Source of the DNA: an uncultured Eubacteriales bacterium
GTDB taxonomy: Bacteria; Actinomycetota; Coriobacteriia; Anaerosomatales; JAAXUF01
Length of the DNA: 61,777 nt
Direction of reading: 5' to 3'
Assembly (NCBI GenBank): GCA_964541375.1
Contig: CAZIPT010000003.1
Location: forward strand, 1-61,777
Shown here one piece after another: positions 8,791 through 20,635 of the stretch. Under the pieces are notes generated by a model, which had not been told where the DNA came from, searched no databases, and saw only the letters and a list, made by a program, of their open reading frames with translations. Position 1 is the first letter of the stretch; every line of letters begins with the position of its first letter. Made by a program: the position numbers and the translations under genes.

Positions 8791-9951
8791 TCAGTCCGCC
8801 AGCCGACGCAGCCACTCGGCGGCACGCAGGCGTGACCGTGCGTCGACCTCCAGCACCTGCTCCACCGACTCCAGCGCTTCCGACTCGTGGGAATCCAGCA
8901 CGGCCTCAACCGTGGACTCTATGTCGAGAAAACCGCACTCCCCCGCCAGGAACGCCGCGACCGCGACCTCGTTAGCCGCGTTCAGCACCGCGGGCGAGGT
9001 GCCGGCGACTCTCCCGGCCTCAAGCGCGAGCCGCAGGCATCCGAAGGTCGCGAAGTCCGGCTCGGCGAAGTCGAGTCTGCCGAGTGCCGCGAAGTCGACC
9101 GGCGGAACCGGCGCTTCCCAGCGGCGTGGGTGTGAGAAGGCGTACTGGATAGGGATCCGCATGTCCGTCGCCCCGAGATGTGCCTTGACACTCCCGTCGG
9201 CGAACTCGACCATCGAGTGCACGCACGACTGCTGGTGGACGACTACCTTCACCTGATCGATCGAGACCCCGAACAGGTGGTGGGCTTCGACCACTTCGAG
9301 ACCCTTGTTCATGAGTGTGGCCGAGTCGACGGTGATCTTCGGGCCCATGTTCCACGTTGGATGTGCAAGCGCCTGCGCCGCAGTCACCATCTTCAACTGA
9401 TCGCGCGTGCTACCACGGAACGGACCTCCGGAGGCGGTCAGCCAGATTCGCGTGACGTCTCGAGCGTCCTCCCCCAGGTAGCACTGAAAGATCGCCGAGT
9501 GCTCCGAGTCCACAGGCAGCAGCTGTCCGGGCGCAGCGAGCGCCATGACCAGTTCTCCGCCAACGACCAGCGACTCCTTGTTGGCCAGCGCGAGCTTCTT
9601 GCCCGCCTGCAACGCCGCGACGGTTGCCCGCAGCCCGGCCGCACCGACCAACGCATTGAGCACGATGTCCGCGTCCGAGGCCGCAGCGAGCTCCACGACG
9701 GCCTCGTCACCCGAACCGACCAGGGTGGTCGAAGGAAGGCAGGCCGAGGCTTCATCAGCGGAGCTGGGGTCAGCGAGCGCAACGTAGTGCACGCCGAACT
9801 CACGGCTCTGCTCGCACACGAGGTCTGCGCTGCGGTTGGCAGCAAGAGCGACGATCTGAACCCGATCCGGATGCTCTCGGGCGACCTGAAGCGTTTGCAG
9901 TCCGATCGAGCCCGTCGAGCCCAGAACGGCGACTCTCAGCGGGCGCGTCAT
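8791..9951 (-). CDS. dxr: 1-deoxy-D-xylulose 5-phosphate reductoisomerase
   Basis: ORF 8791..9993- trimmed to the ATG at 9949-9951 (MTRPLRVAVLGSTGSIGLQTL...), which gives an ATGA overlap with the cdsA stop. Confidence 0.92.
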   Translation of the reverse strand: MTRPLRVAVLGSTGSIGLQTLQVAREHPDRVQIVALAANRSADLVCEQSREFGVHYVALADPSSADEASACLPSTTLVGSGDEAVVELAAASDADIVLNALVGAAGLRATVAALQAGKKLALANKESLVVGGELVMALAAPGQLLPVDSEHSAIFQCYLGEDARDVTRIWLTASGGPFRGSTRDQLKMVTAAQALAHPTWNMGPKITVDSATLMNKGLEVVEAHHLFGVSIDQVKVVVHQQSCVHSMVEFADGSVKAHLGATDMRIPIQYAFSHPRRWEAPVPPVDFAALGRLDFAEPDFATFGCLRLALEAGRVAGTSPAVLNAANEVAVAAFLAGECGFLDIESTVEAVLDSHESEALESVEQVLEVDARSRLRAAEWLRRLAD

Positions 9952-10817
9952 CGGACACCACCCCACCAGAGGATCCAGTACGCCCACAGACACACGAGGA
10001 TCAGTGAATCGAGCCGATCGAGAAACCCGCCATGACCCGGCAGCAGATTGCCCGAGTCCTTGACTCCCGCCTCACGCTTCATACGCGACTCGAACAGGTC
10101 GCCGACAAACACGGCGATGCCGACAACCAGCCCAACGATGAAGGAGAGCGGCACCGAAACGCCGGCCTGGGGAAACAGCAGCGCCAGCCCGACCCACACA
10201 CCCACGGTTCCCAGCAGCCCTGCGGTGAAACCCTCCCACGACTTCTTGGGGCTGATACGCGGGGCCATCTTGTGCCGTCCGAGCGTCGAGCCCACCAGAT
10301 ACGCCAGCGAGTCGTTGGCCCAAACGCTTAGGACCAGTGCGTACGCGATGAGCATTCCCCCCGAGAAGACGCGAAGGATAAGCACGAGGTAGGCGAGCAT
10401 GAAACCCGTATACACGGCGCCGAGAACGGTGAGAGCGGTGTCTGCCGTGCGCACCCTGACAAAGGACACATGCCAGAGCAGCGACGCGGCAATGAGGGCC
10501 GTGACGACCGCGGTCAGACCCGCCATCCCCCAGAGAGCGGCGAAGACCGGCATCGCCACAGCGGCAACGATTCCGAACGCGTCGTTGGGCAGGCGGGCTT
10601 CTCGGCGAGACAGAGCGTAGAACTCGGCGGCAGCGAACCCGGCGAAGACACCCATGACCACGCCGAGCACGATCGGTTCGTACCGTCCGAGAGGCCCGTG
10701 CGCCCCGAACCAGATGGCGCTGACGATGACCCCTGCATACACGACCGAGGTAGCGATCCGAACCACAAGGCTCTTGGGCTTGATGCCCGCCGGCTCGGCT
10801 ATGCGGCTGTCAGCCAT
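9948..10817 (-). CDS. cdsA: Phosphatidate cytidylyltransferase
   Basis: ORF 9948..10817-. Multi-TM protein with the CDS signature SRMKREAGVKDSGNLLPGHGGFLDRLDS. Confidence 0.9.
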   Translation of the reverse strand: MADSRIAEPAGIKPKSLVVRIATSVVYAGVIVSAIWFGAHGPLGRYEPIVLGVVMGVFAGFAAAEFYALSRREARLPNDAFGIVAAVAMPVFAALWGMAGLTAVVTALIAASLLWHVSFVRVRTADTALTVLGAVYTGFMLAYLVLILRVFSGGMLIAYALVLSVWANDSLAYLVGSTLGRHKMAPRISPKKSWEGFTAGLLGTVGVWVGLALLFPQAGVSVPLSFIVGLVVGIAVFVGDLFESRMKREAGVKDSGNLLPGHGGFLDRLDSLILVCLWAYWILWWGGVR

Positions 10818-11593
10818 CAGCGGCCCCCGAAGCGTCGGTTACGCTTCTGGAACTCGACGACCGCGCGCAGCAGGTCCGCCCGGCCGAAGTCAGGCCAGAG
10901 CGTGGGAGTAACCCAGAGCTCGCTGTACGCGATCTGCCAGAGCAGGAAGTTGCTCACTCTCAGCTCGCCGCTGGTACGAACCATGAGATCGGGGTCGGGT
11001 ATCGAGGCCGTGTAGAGCCGGCTGGCAAACAGCGCCTCGTCCACCGAGCCCGCATCCAGAGTGCCCGCAGCCACCTCCTGTGCTATCGATCGCGCAGCCT
11101 GCGTGATCTCGTGGCGGGCACCGTAGTTCAGTGCGACCACCAGGGTGAGGCCCCCATTTTCGGAGGTGCGGTCTACGACGCGGCCAAAAGCGGCGCTGGT
11201 CGCCTCCGGCAGCGCCTCCATTGCACCGATCACCTGCACGCGCACGTTCATGCGCTGGAGGTTCGTCAGCTCTCGCTCAAGCACCTCGACGAAGAGCGAC
11301 ATCAGCCCGGAGACCTCGTCGGCGGGCCGATTCCAGTTCTCGGAGGAGAACGAGTAGATGGTCAGGTAGGAGATCCCCAGCTCGATCGCGGAGGCGATCG
11401 CCTCTCTGACCGCCTTGGCACCCGCTGAGTGACCGGCAAGTCGCGGGAGCCCGCGCTTCGCCGCCCAGCGGCCGTTGCCGTCCATGATGATGGCGACGTG
11501 AGTGGGGGTACGGACAGGGTCGAACTCGGCAAGAAGCGCCTGAGCCCGTTTGCTGCGGAAGAACTTCGTGCGTGACTCCGAGTCTGGCGTCAC
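10817..11593 (-). CDS. uppS: Undecaprenyl (isoprenyl) diphosphate synthase
   Basis: ORF 10817..11593-. HVAIIMDGNGRWA, ...FSSENWNRP..., RTSGELRVSNFLLWQ. Confidence 0.92.
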   Translation of the reverse strand: MTPDSESRTKFFRSKRAQALLAEFDPVRTPTHVAIIMDGNGRWAAKRGLPRLAGHSAGAKAVREAIASAIELGISYLTIYSFSSENWNRPADEVSGLMSLFVEVLERELTNLQRMNVRVQVIGAMEALPEATSAAFGRVVDRTSENGGLTLVVALNYGARHEITQAARSIAQEVAAGTLDAGSVDEALFASRLYTASIPDPDLMVRTSGELRVSNFLLWQIAYSELWVTPTLWPDFGRADLLRAVVEFQKRNRRFGGR

Positions 11594-11594
11594 G

Positions 11595-13917
<2,323 letters not shown>

Positions 13918-13961
13918 AGGTGTTACCTCCCGTTACAGGAATCGTATGCGGTTCGGACCAA

Positions 13962-13981
13962 GCTCCGCCTGGTGGCGGAGC
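13962..13981 (-). terminator. Intercistronic hairpin between rpsB and tsf (partial terminator/attenuator candidate)
   Basis: Minus strand GCTCCGCC-ACCA-GGCGGAGC (8 bp stem, tetraloop), then TTGG. Confidence 0.35.
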
Positions 13982-14006
13982 ACAACATTCGGTGCGGTGA
14001 GCGGTG

Positions 14007-14927
14007 CTACTCGGTTTCGCCAGCCTCGGCAGCCTCGCCGAGCTCAACGGCAGGGTCGCCCGTCTCTGCGCAATCGGCTTCAGCGACAACTTCGGGCTCG
14101 GGCGCCGCTTCGACCACGGGCGCTTCTTCGAACTCCACGACCTCTGCGACCTCGACGGTCTCGGTCACGATCACCGGGACGTTCGCATCGCTCGGAACGA
14201 CAACCACTGCGGGAGCCTGGCCATCAGCCGCGAACTCCGGAACGTCCCCGCCGCGACCCTCGATGACTGCGTCGGCGATGACACGGCTCATCAGCCCGAC
14301 CGAGCGGATGGCGTCATCGTTGCCCGGGATGACGTAGTCGACGTCGTCGGGATCGGCGTTGGTGTCAACCAGGCCGATGATCGGAATGTGCAGGCGCTGA
14401 GCCTCGCGGATCGCGATGTCCTCACGCTTGGTGTCCACCACGAAGATGGCGCCGGGCAACGAAGTCATGTTGCGAACGCCGTTGAGGTTCGCCTGCAGCT
14501 TGCCGAGCTCCTTCTTGAGCAGCAACTGCTCCTTCTTGGGGAGCGTTGCCATGCGGCCGTCGGCGTCCATCGCCTCGAGCTGCTCCATGCGGGCGATGCG
14601 GCCGCGCATGGTCACGAAGTTGGTCAGCATACCGCCGAGCCAACGGTTGTTCACGTAGGGCATGCCCGAACGCTCGGCCTCGGACTGGATGGGCTCCTGC
14701 GCCTGCTTCTTGGTGCCGACGAAGAGAACCGTGCCGCCCTTCTGGGCGACTGAGCGGGCGAATTCGAACGAGTGCTCGAGCTCGCGAAGCGTCCGCTGGA
14801 GATCCAGGATGTAGATGCCGCTTCTCTCGGTGAAGATGTACGGCTTCATCTTGGGGTTCCACCGACGGGTCTGGTGTCCAAAGTGGACGCCCGCCTCGAG
14901 CAAGTTCTTGATCGTGACAACAGCCAT
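14007..14927 (-). CDS. rpsB: 30S ribosomal protein S2 with acidic C-terminal extension
   Basis: ORF 14007..14927-. [34 protein letters not shown]. The last ~60 residues are E/A/V-rich. Confidence 0.93.
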   Translation of the reverse strand: MAVVTIKNLLEAGVHFGHQTRRWNPKMKPYIFTERSGIYILDLQRTLRELEHSFEFARSVAQKGGTVLFVGTKKQAQEPIQSEAERSGMPYVNNRWLGGMLTNFVTMRGRIARMEQLEAMDADGRMATLPKKEQLLLKKELGKLQANLNGVRNMTSLPGAIFVVDTKREDIAIREAQRLHIPIIGLVDTNADPDDVDYVIPGNDDAIRSVGLMSRVIADAVIEGRGGDVPEFAADGQAPAVVVVPSDANVPVIVTETVEVAEVVEFEEAPVVEAAPEPEVVAEADCAETGDPAVELGEAAEAGETE

Positions 14928-15043
14928 AGCAAGACCTCCTGGTCGGTTGTTCTTCCGCCCGGTTCAACCCCCGGATGCGACCACCCTTATGGGTGGCACC
15001 TCGCACCGAAGTCCGCGAGCGTGCTTAGTTTTGGAGCCGCAGC
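14928..15043 (-). promoter_or_regulatory. Structured 5' UTR of rpsB-tsf (possible r-protein autoregulatory leader)
   Basis: About 115 nt between the predicted promoter and the ATG. Contains GCACGCUCGCGGAC-UUCG-GUGCGAGGUGC (UUCG-capped stem), CCACCC-AUAA-GGGUGG and a CCGG/CCGG stem just 5' of the SD. Confidence 0.3.
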
Positions 15044-15071
15044 AGTATAGCAGAGACCGCCGGAACGGCAA
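15044..15071 (-). promoter_or_regulatory. Sigma-70-type promoter of rpsB (extended -10)
   Basis: Minus strand: TTGCCG (15066..15071), 16 nt spacer, TGcTATACT (15044..15052). Confidence 0.5.
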
Positions 15072-15131
15072 CCTCCGCGGCGCGACTTCGGTCGGCCTCG
15101 TCCACAAGGTCGCGCCGCGAGCGCAGACGGT

Positions 15132-15911
15132 CTAGCTGACCGCTTGAGCCGCGTGGAGCCTCGCTCGGAGCCGCAGCACAGCCTTGGTGTGCAGCTGACT
15201 CACTCGTGACTCGGTCACACCGAGAACCTGCCCTATCTCCTTGAGCGTAAGCCCCTCGTAGTAGTAGAGGGCGATCACGGTCTTCTCACGCTCCGGTAGC
15301 CGCTCGATCGCCTCGGCGAGGATGTCCTTGATCTCAAGGCTCTCGAACAAGGCCACCGGATCCTCGGCGCTCTCGTCCCGAATCGAGCCGATCGCGCTTT
15401 GCGTATCATCACGCTCTCCGCCGACCCAGAGTTCCTCGAAGGAAACCACAGAGGTGTAGGAGAGCTTGGCAAGGATACCGCCGAACTCCTTGACCGTGAT
15501 TCCCATCCGGTCGGCGACTTCCTGGTCGTCGGGCACTCGGCGCAACTCGTTCTCGAGCGTCACGTACGTCTGCTCGATCTCGCGCGCCCGCGATCGCACA
15601 GAGCGGGGCACCCAGTCCATCGCGCGCAACTCGTCGATGATTGCGCCCTTGATGCGGGCGATTGCGTACGTCTCGAACTTGATCGCACGAGTCAGGTCGA
15701 ACTTCTCGATCGCATCGATGAGGCCGAAGATCCCATAGCTGATCAGGTCAGCGGTGTCCACACTCTGGGGAAGGCTGGACGCCAGGCGACCGGCGACGTA
15801 CTTCACCAACGGTGAGTAGTTGAGGATAAGCTCGTCACGAGCTTCAGGATCCTGCTCGGCTTTGTATCGAGCCCAAAGGGCGGAAACATCCGTCCGCGGG
15901 TCGGCTCTCAT
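15132..15911 (-). CDS. FliA/WhiG (sigma-28) family RNA polymerase sigma factor
   Basis: ORF 15132..15911-. ...RDELILNYSPLVKYVAGRL..., DLISYGIFGLIDAIEKFD (region 2), WVPRSVR (region 3), LPEREKTVIALYYYEGLTLKEIGQVLGVTESRVSQLHTKA (region 4.2). Confidence 0.85.
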   Translation of the reverse strand: MRADPRTDVSALWARYKAEQDPEARDELILNYSPLVKYVAGRLASSLPQSVDTADLISYGIFGLIDAIEKFDLTRAIKFETYAIARIKGAIIDELRAMDWVPRSVRSRAREIEQTYVTLENELRRVPDDQEVADRMGITVKEFGGILAKLSYTSVVSFEELWVGGERDDTQSAIGSIRDESAEDPVALFESLEIKDILAEAIERLPEREKTVIALYYYEGLTLKEIGQVLGVTESRVSQLHTKAVLRLRARLHAAQAVS

Positions 15912-15950
15912 GCAGTGGCCCCTAACTGCTGGTCGGCCCCGGGTACGTGA

Positions 15951-16856
15951 TCAGACGCGGGGGTGTGCCTTGCGGTGTACATCTTGAAGCCGCTTCATGC
16001 TCAGGTGAGTATAAATCTGGGTGCTGGACAGGGCAACATGCCCCAGCAGCTCCTGTACGGTGCGCAAATCCGCTCCGGCCTCCAGTAACCGCGTCGCAAA
16101 AGTATGGCGCATCGAGTGCGGTGAAACCCCGGCGTCCGCCCCCGCGTCCGCAGCGTACTTCTTGAACATCCGGCGAACGGAATCCGCCGAGAAGGGCCCG
16201 CCACGCGACGACAGGAACAGGTGCTGCTCGGAGCTCGAGCGGGCGAGCTTGGGCCGCCCATCGCGCAGATAGTCCCGCACCCGAGCGAGTGCGACTTCGT
16301 AGACCGGGACGATCCGCTCCTTCGCGCCCTTGCCGAAAAGCCGGATCTGTCGCTGACCGAAGTCCAGATCCGAGACGCGCAGCCCTGCGACCTCGCTCAC
16401 TCGGGCACCGGTAGCATACAGGAGCTCCAGAACCGCCCGATCGCGCAGTCCGGTGGGCTTCGAGAGGTCGGGCGCCGAGAACAGCGCGTCGAGCGTATCG
16501 TCGGCGAGCACGTTTGGCAGCCGCGCGGGCACCTTGGGCGTGCTCAGTGCCCCTGAGGGGTCGGAGGCGACGAGACCCTCGGTCACGGCGTACGCGAAGA
16601 ACGAACGAACGGCCGATAGCCGCCGAGCCACCGTACGGCGAGCGTATCCCGCGCGGTCCATCTCGGCGAGGTACAACCGCATCTGGCGGTGTGTGAGGAC
16701 GATCGGATCCACGCCGGTTCTCTCGGCCCACTCCAGATAGCGTGCGAGGTCGGCCGAGTAGGCGCGAACCGTCTGCGGCGACGCGGCCCGCTCGACCCGC
16801 ATGTACACGAGATAGCGGTCGACCAGCTCGGCTGCGGTGAGCCCGGCCTCAGCCAT
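15951..16856 (-). CDS. xerC: Tyrosine recombinase XerC/XerD family
   Basis: ORF 15951..16985- trimmed to the ATG at 16854-16856 (MAEAGLTAAELVDRYLVYMRVERAASPQTVRAYSADL...). C-terminal HSMRHTFATRLLEAGADLRTVQELLGHVALSSTQIYTH. 8-nt overlap with the trmFO end. Confidence 0.88.
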   Translation of the reverse strand: MAEAGLTAAELVDRYLVYMRVERAASPQTVRAYSADLARYLEWAERTGVDPIVLTHRQMRLYLAEMDRAGYARRTVARRLSAVRSFFAYAVTEGLVASDPSGALSTPKVPARLPNVLADDTLDALFSAPDLSKPTGLRDRAVLELLYATGARVSEVAGLRVSDLDFGQRQIRLFGKGAKERIVPVYEVALARVRDYLRDGRPKLARSSSEQHLFLSSRGGPFSADSVRRMFKKYAADAGADAGVSPHSMRHTFATRLLEAGADLRTVQELLGHVALSSTQIYTHLSMKRLQDVHRKAHPRV

Positions 16857-18228
16857 CGTTGACCTCGCTGCAGAACAGATCGCTGCGCTGTGCCACCCAC
16901 TGGGCCATCTCGCGTGTGGCCCGCTCGGCGTAGGCGGCGTAGCGTTCGCGCTTTCCGCGCACGGGCGCGGGCAGCGGCGGCACAATGCCGAAGTTCACGT
17001 GCATCGGCTCGTAGTGGCCCGTTTCCGGATCGGTCGCGTAGCTGATCAGGGCCCCAAGAGCTGTGGAGCCCGGAAGCACCGCGGCCGGCGCACCGATCAT
17101 GTCAGCGTAGGTGTTAAGGGCCGCCAGGAGGCCCGATCCGGCCGCCTCGCAGTAGCCCTCGGTTCCGGTGACCTGGCCCGCCATCCGAACACGCGACAGA
17201 CCCCGCACCGCAAGCGTCGAATCAAGGGTCCGGGGCGCATCGATGAAGGTGTTGCGGTGCATGACCCCGTACCGCAGCAGAACCGCGTCCTCCAGGCCCG
17301 GGATCATACGGAACACCCGCTCCTGTTCGCCAAACGCGAGATTGGTCTGGAATCCAACCAGGTTGTAGGCGCTCCCTTGTCGATTCTCTGCGCGCAACTG
17401 CACGACCGCCCATGGTCGGCTCCCGTCCCGAGGGTCGGTCAGGCCGACGGGCTTCATCGCTCCGAACCGGAGGGAGTCCTTGCCCGTGCGCGCGACTTCC
17501 TCGACCGGCTGACATGCCTGGAAGAGGTCGGATCGGCCGAACTCCTTGTCGGTCACGCGACGCGCACTGACAAGCGCATCGTGGAAGGCGTCGTACTGCT
17601 CACGGTTCATCGGCGCGTTGAGGTAGTCGGGCGTCTCCCCCTTGTCGTAACGCGACTGCGCGAACACCACCGAGCGGTCGAGGGACGCTTCCTCCACGAT
17701 GGGCGCCGCGGCGTCGAAGAAGGCGAGCCGCTCGCCGCCAACGAGCTCCCGTAAGGCGTGCTCGAAACCCTCGCTGGTCAACGGGCCGGTGGCCACGATC
17801 ACGCGCCCCTCGGGCAGCGCGGTAGCCTCGTCGCGCACCACCCGAACCATTGGGTGGCCCTCGAGGGTTCGAGTGAGCGCCGCCGAGAACGCCGCCCGGT
17901 CCACCGCTAGTGCTCCGCCTGCAGGAACGCGCGTCTCGCGGGCGATGTCGATAACCAGACTCTTCATCGCAGCGAGTTCGCACTTGAGCAGGCCCGCGGC
18001 TGAGTCGGGATTCTCGCTCTTCAGGGAGTTGGAGCACACAAGCTCGCCGAGATCCGCGGAGTGGTGAGCTGGCGAAGGCGTACCCGGACGCATTTCGACC
18101 AGCCTGACCCGCACCCCTCGGATGGCGAGCTGCCAAGCGGCCTCGCAACCGGCGAGTCCACCGCCGATGACGGTGACTGTCTCGTCTGCGGGCGATGAAT
18201 GGCTGCTCGGCACGGGTCTCCTCGGCAC
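16849..18228 (-). CDS. trmFO: Methylenetetrahydrofolate--tRNA-(uracil54-C5)-methyltransferase TrmFO
   Basis: ORF 16849..18228-. VTVIGGGLAGCEAAWQLA FAD fold. The likely true start is the GTG at 18211-18213, preceded by GAGGAG (5 codons shorter). Confidence 0.9.
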   Translation of the reverse strand: MPRRPVPSSHSSPADETVTVIGGGLAGCEAAWQLAIRGVRVRLVEMRPGTPSPAHHSADLGELVCSNSLKSENPDSAAGLLKCELAAMKSLVIDIARETRVPAGGALAVDRAAFSAALTRTLEGHPMVRVVRDEATALPEGRVIVATGPLTSEGFEHALRELVGGERLAFFDAAAPIVEEASLDRSVVFAQSRYDKGETPDYLNAPMNREQYDAFHDALVSARRVTDKEFGRSDLFQACQPVEEVARTGKDSLRFGAMKPVGLTDPRDGSRPWAVVQLRAENRQGSAYNLVGFQTNLAFGEQERVFRMIPGLEDAVLLRYGVMHRNTFIDAPRTLDSTLAVRGLSRVRMAGQVTGTEGYCEAAGSGLLAALNTYADMIGAPAAVLPGSTALGALISYATDPETGHYEPMHVNFGIVPPLPAPVRGKRERYAAYAERATREMAQWVAQRSDLFCSEVNDG

Positions 18229-18270
18229 GGGGGTCGGTATCGAACCAGTGTACCGCGAGCCCCGTGCTGG

Positions 18271-19152
18271 TCAGCAGGCGCCGTATCGCCCGTCCCGGTA
18301 CTTGGTGACCGCACCCTCGGCCTCCAAAGCGCCGATTCGGCGGGCCACTTCGATGATGTCCAGCCCCAGGTCGCGGGCCAGGTCGTCAGGGCGCGAGGGG
18401 TTGCTCCTGACCGCGGCCATGACCGGGTCACGCCCTGCATCCAGCAGGGCGGACACAGAATCCATGGCGCGAAGTCCGGACCTGTCTTCCAGGACGGCCC
18501 GCACTTCACTCACGTCGCTCACGGGAATCGCACCCTGGCTGAGTAGCCGGTTGGAGCCGGCGCACTCGGGCGCGAAGATCGAGCCCGGTACCACCATCAC
18601 GTCCCTGCCGGCGTCGAGCGCGTAGTCAGCCGTGCTGAACGTCCCGCTTCCCAGCCCAGCCTCAACTACCAGAAGAGCACTCGCCAGCCCCGCGATGATG
18701 CGGTTGCGAGCCCGGAAGGTCCACCTCGCGGGCGGGTAGCCCCATTCGAGCTCCGAGACCACCGCTCCGTTCCGCGCAATCTCGTCAAGCAGTACTCCCG
18801 ATCCTTGCGGGTAGGCGATGTCGGCACCGCACCCGAGAACCGCCACCGACCGACCGCCCACGTCAAGCGCAGCCCTATGTGCAGCTGTGTCACAACCCAC
18901 TGCGGCTCCGGAGATGACCACGTAGCCCGCTGACGCAGCCCAACCGGCAAAGAGTCGTGCGCATCTCAGGCCGTACGGCGTCGCCTTCCGTGCGCCGATG
19001 ACCGCGAGACCGGGGAGCATCGCCTCGGGATCGCCGAAACCTCGCAAGACAGCGGGTGGCTTCTGGGTCTCAAGCAAGCGCGGTGGGTACTGATCGTCCC
19101 CGCGCGCGATCTCGAACGCCCCGTCTTCTGGCGGCCAGCTTCTGTCGCTCAC
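18271..19152 (-). CDS. dprA: DNA-processing protein DprA (Smf)
   Basis: ORF 18271..19152-. ...AVIGARKATPYG...ISGAAVGCDTAAHRAAL... Rossmann-like DprA domain plus a C-terminal winged-helix tail. GTGA overlap with the comM stop. Confidence 0.88.
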   Translation of the reverse strand: MSDRSWPPEDGAFEIARGDDQYPPRLLETQKPPAVLRGFGDPEAMLPGLAVIGARKATPYGLRCARLFAGWAASAGYVVISGAAVGCDTAAHRAALDVGGRSVAVLGCGADIAYPQGSGVLLDEIARNGAVVSELEWGYPPARWTFRARNRIIAGLASALLVVEAGLGSGTFSTADYALDAGRDVMVVPGSIFAPECAGSNRLLSQGAIPVSDVSEVRAVLEDRSGLRAMDSVSALLDAGRDPVMAAVRSNPSRPDDLARDLGLDIIEVARRIGALEAEGAVTKYRDGRYGAC

Positions 19153-20633
19153 GACTCCTCCTTAGCGCGGTACCCCAGCATCTCGGTGATATGGTCTGCC
19201 TTCACGCGCGCGCACCCCTCAAGATCGGCTGCGGTACGCGCAACACGCAGCAGCCGAGTGACCCCCCGGCCCGACAGGTGCTTCAGTCGCGCCACCCCCT
19301 CCAAGCGACGCCTGGCAGCGTTGTCCAAATCGCATGCTGCAAGCAGTTGCGCGCCACTCAGACACGACGTGGGACCTAGCCCGCGAGCCGCGGCCCTGTC
19401 ACGGGCGTCGAGCACCCGCTCGCGCAGAACCCCCGATCGCGTACCCGTCGGCCGCGTCAGCAGGAGAGACGGGTCAATCCGGGCCACGTCGATGACGATG
19501 TCGATGCGGTCCGTGAGCGGCCCGCCTATTCGGCCGCGATACCGGTCGACAAGCCTGTCGGAACAGCTACATCGTCGCCCGTGGTCGCCGAAGAAGCCGC
19601 ACGGACAGGGATTCGCCGACCCGACCAGCGCGAAGCGCGCCGGAAACACCATGCGGCCATCCACGCGAACGAGCGTGATCGAGCCGTCTTCGAGTGGTTG
19701 CCTGAGCGCCTGCAGCGCCGCCGGACCGAACTCGGGCATCTCATCGAGAAAGAGCACTCCGTTGTGGGCCAGTGAAGCCTCTCCCGGTCGTGCAGGAGAC
19801 CCGCCGCCGACAAGCCCGGCGATCGACGCCGAATGGTGCGGTGCCCTAAACGGGCGCAGCCCTGAGAGTGCGGCGCATTCGTCGAGCCCGGCGACCGAAT
19901 GAACGAGCGCGGTCTCAAGCCGTTCCTCGGCGTCCAGCGGTGGAAGGATGCTAGGTAGCCGACGGGCGAGCATCGTCTTCCCTGAGCCCGGTGGGCCGAT
20001 CATCAGCGCGTTGTGACCCCCCGCGGCCGCGATTAGCAGCGCGCGTTTCGCAAGGTCGTGACCGACCACCTCGGCGAAGTCACATCCGTCTCGCGCAGGG
20101 AGAGCGGCTACCGACGCCGAGTGGCCCGACACCGTGATCGCGTGTCGCAGGGCGCTGACATGGGCGATAGGGCGATAGTCCACGCCCGTTTGGCACGCCA
20201 CCGTCGCGGCATCGGCAGGTCCGAGCAGGGGCAAGCCCACTCTCCTGGCCCCGACGGCGTAGGCGAGCATACCTGGGACCGTCCGCACCGACCCGTCCAG
20301 CGAGAGTTCGCCTACCGCCGAGAGCTCTTCTGCTAAACGGCCAGGAAGTTGACCCGTGGCGACGAGAAGCCCCAGCGCGATCGGGAGATCGAATCCGGTG
20401 CCGTGCTTGCGCAGCGGACCGGGGGCAAGGTTTACCACGATTCGCGCGTTGGGAAGCTCGAACCCCGAGGCCCTGACCGCCGAACGTACACGCTCCCTCG
20501 CCTCCTGGACCGCGAGGTCAGGCAGTCCCACAATCGCGAAGGTCGGAAGGCCGGCGCCCACGTCGACCTGTACTTCTACCGGAACCGCCTCGACGCCTAC
20601 CAGGGTGGCGGTGCGAACTGAGCATTGCACCAC
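19149..20633 (-). CDS. comM: Mg-chelatase-like AAA+ protein ComM/YifB
   Basis: ORF 19149..20633-. N-terminal Lon-protease-like domain, Walker A MIGPPGSGKTMLARRL, ...VLFLDEMPEF.... Confidence 0.88.
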   Translation of the reverse strand: MVQCSVRTATLVGVEAVPVEVQVDVGAGLPTFAIVGLPDLAVQEARERVRSAVRASGFELPNARIVVNLAPGPLRKHGTGFDLPIALGLLVATGQLPGRLAEELSAVGELSLDGSVRTVPGMLAYAVGARRVGLPLLGPADAATVACQTGVDYRPIAHVSALRHAITVSGHSASVAALPARDGCDFAEVVGHDLAKRALLIAAAGGHNALMIGPPGSGKTMLARRLPSILPPLDAEERLETALVHSVAGLDECAALSGLRPFRAPHHSASIAGLVGGGSPARPGEASLAHNGVLFLDEMPEFGPAALQALRQPLEDGSITLVRVDGRMVFPARFALVGSANPCPCGFFGDHGRRCSCSDRLVDRYRGRIGGPLTDRIDIVIDVARIDPSLLLTRPTGTRSGVLRERVLDARDRAAARGLGPTSCLSGAQLLAACDLDNAARRRLEGVARLKHLSGRGVTRLLRVARTAADLEGCARVKADHITEMLGYRAKEES

Positions 20634-20635
20634 AC

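Noticed and set aside
7383-8909. Long N-terminal extensions in the ORF track. Examples: rseP 508 aa, ftsY 402 aa, thiT 260 aa, PASTA protein 478 aa, yraN 168 aa, frr 223 aa, pyrH 288 aa, xerC 344 aa, plsX 368 aa, rplS 139 aa.
   Set aside because: The extensions are R/W/C/S-rich and often overlap the upstream gene. They precede a conserved family N-terminus that has its own SD and/or an ATGA/GTGA junction, so I used the downstream starts.
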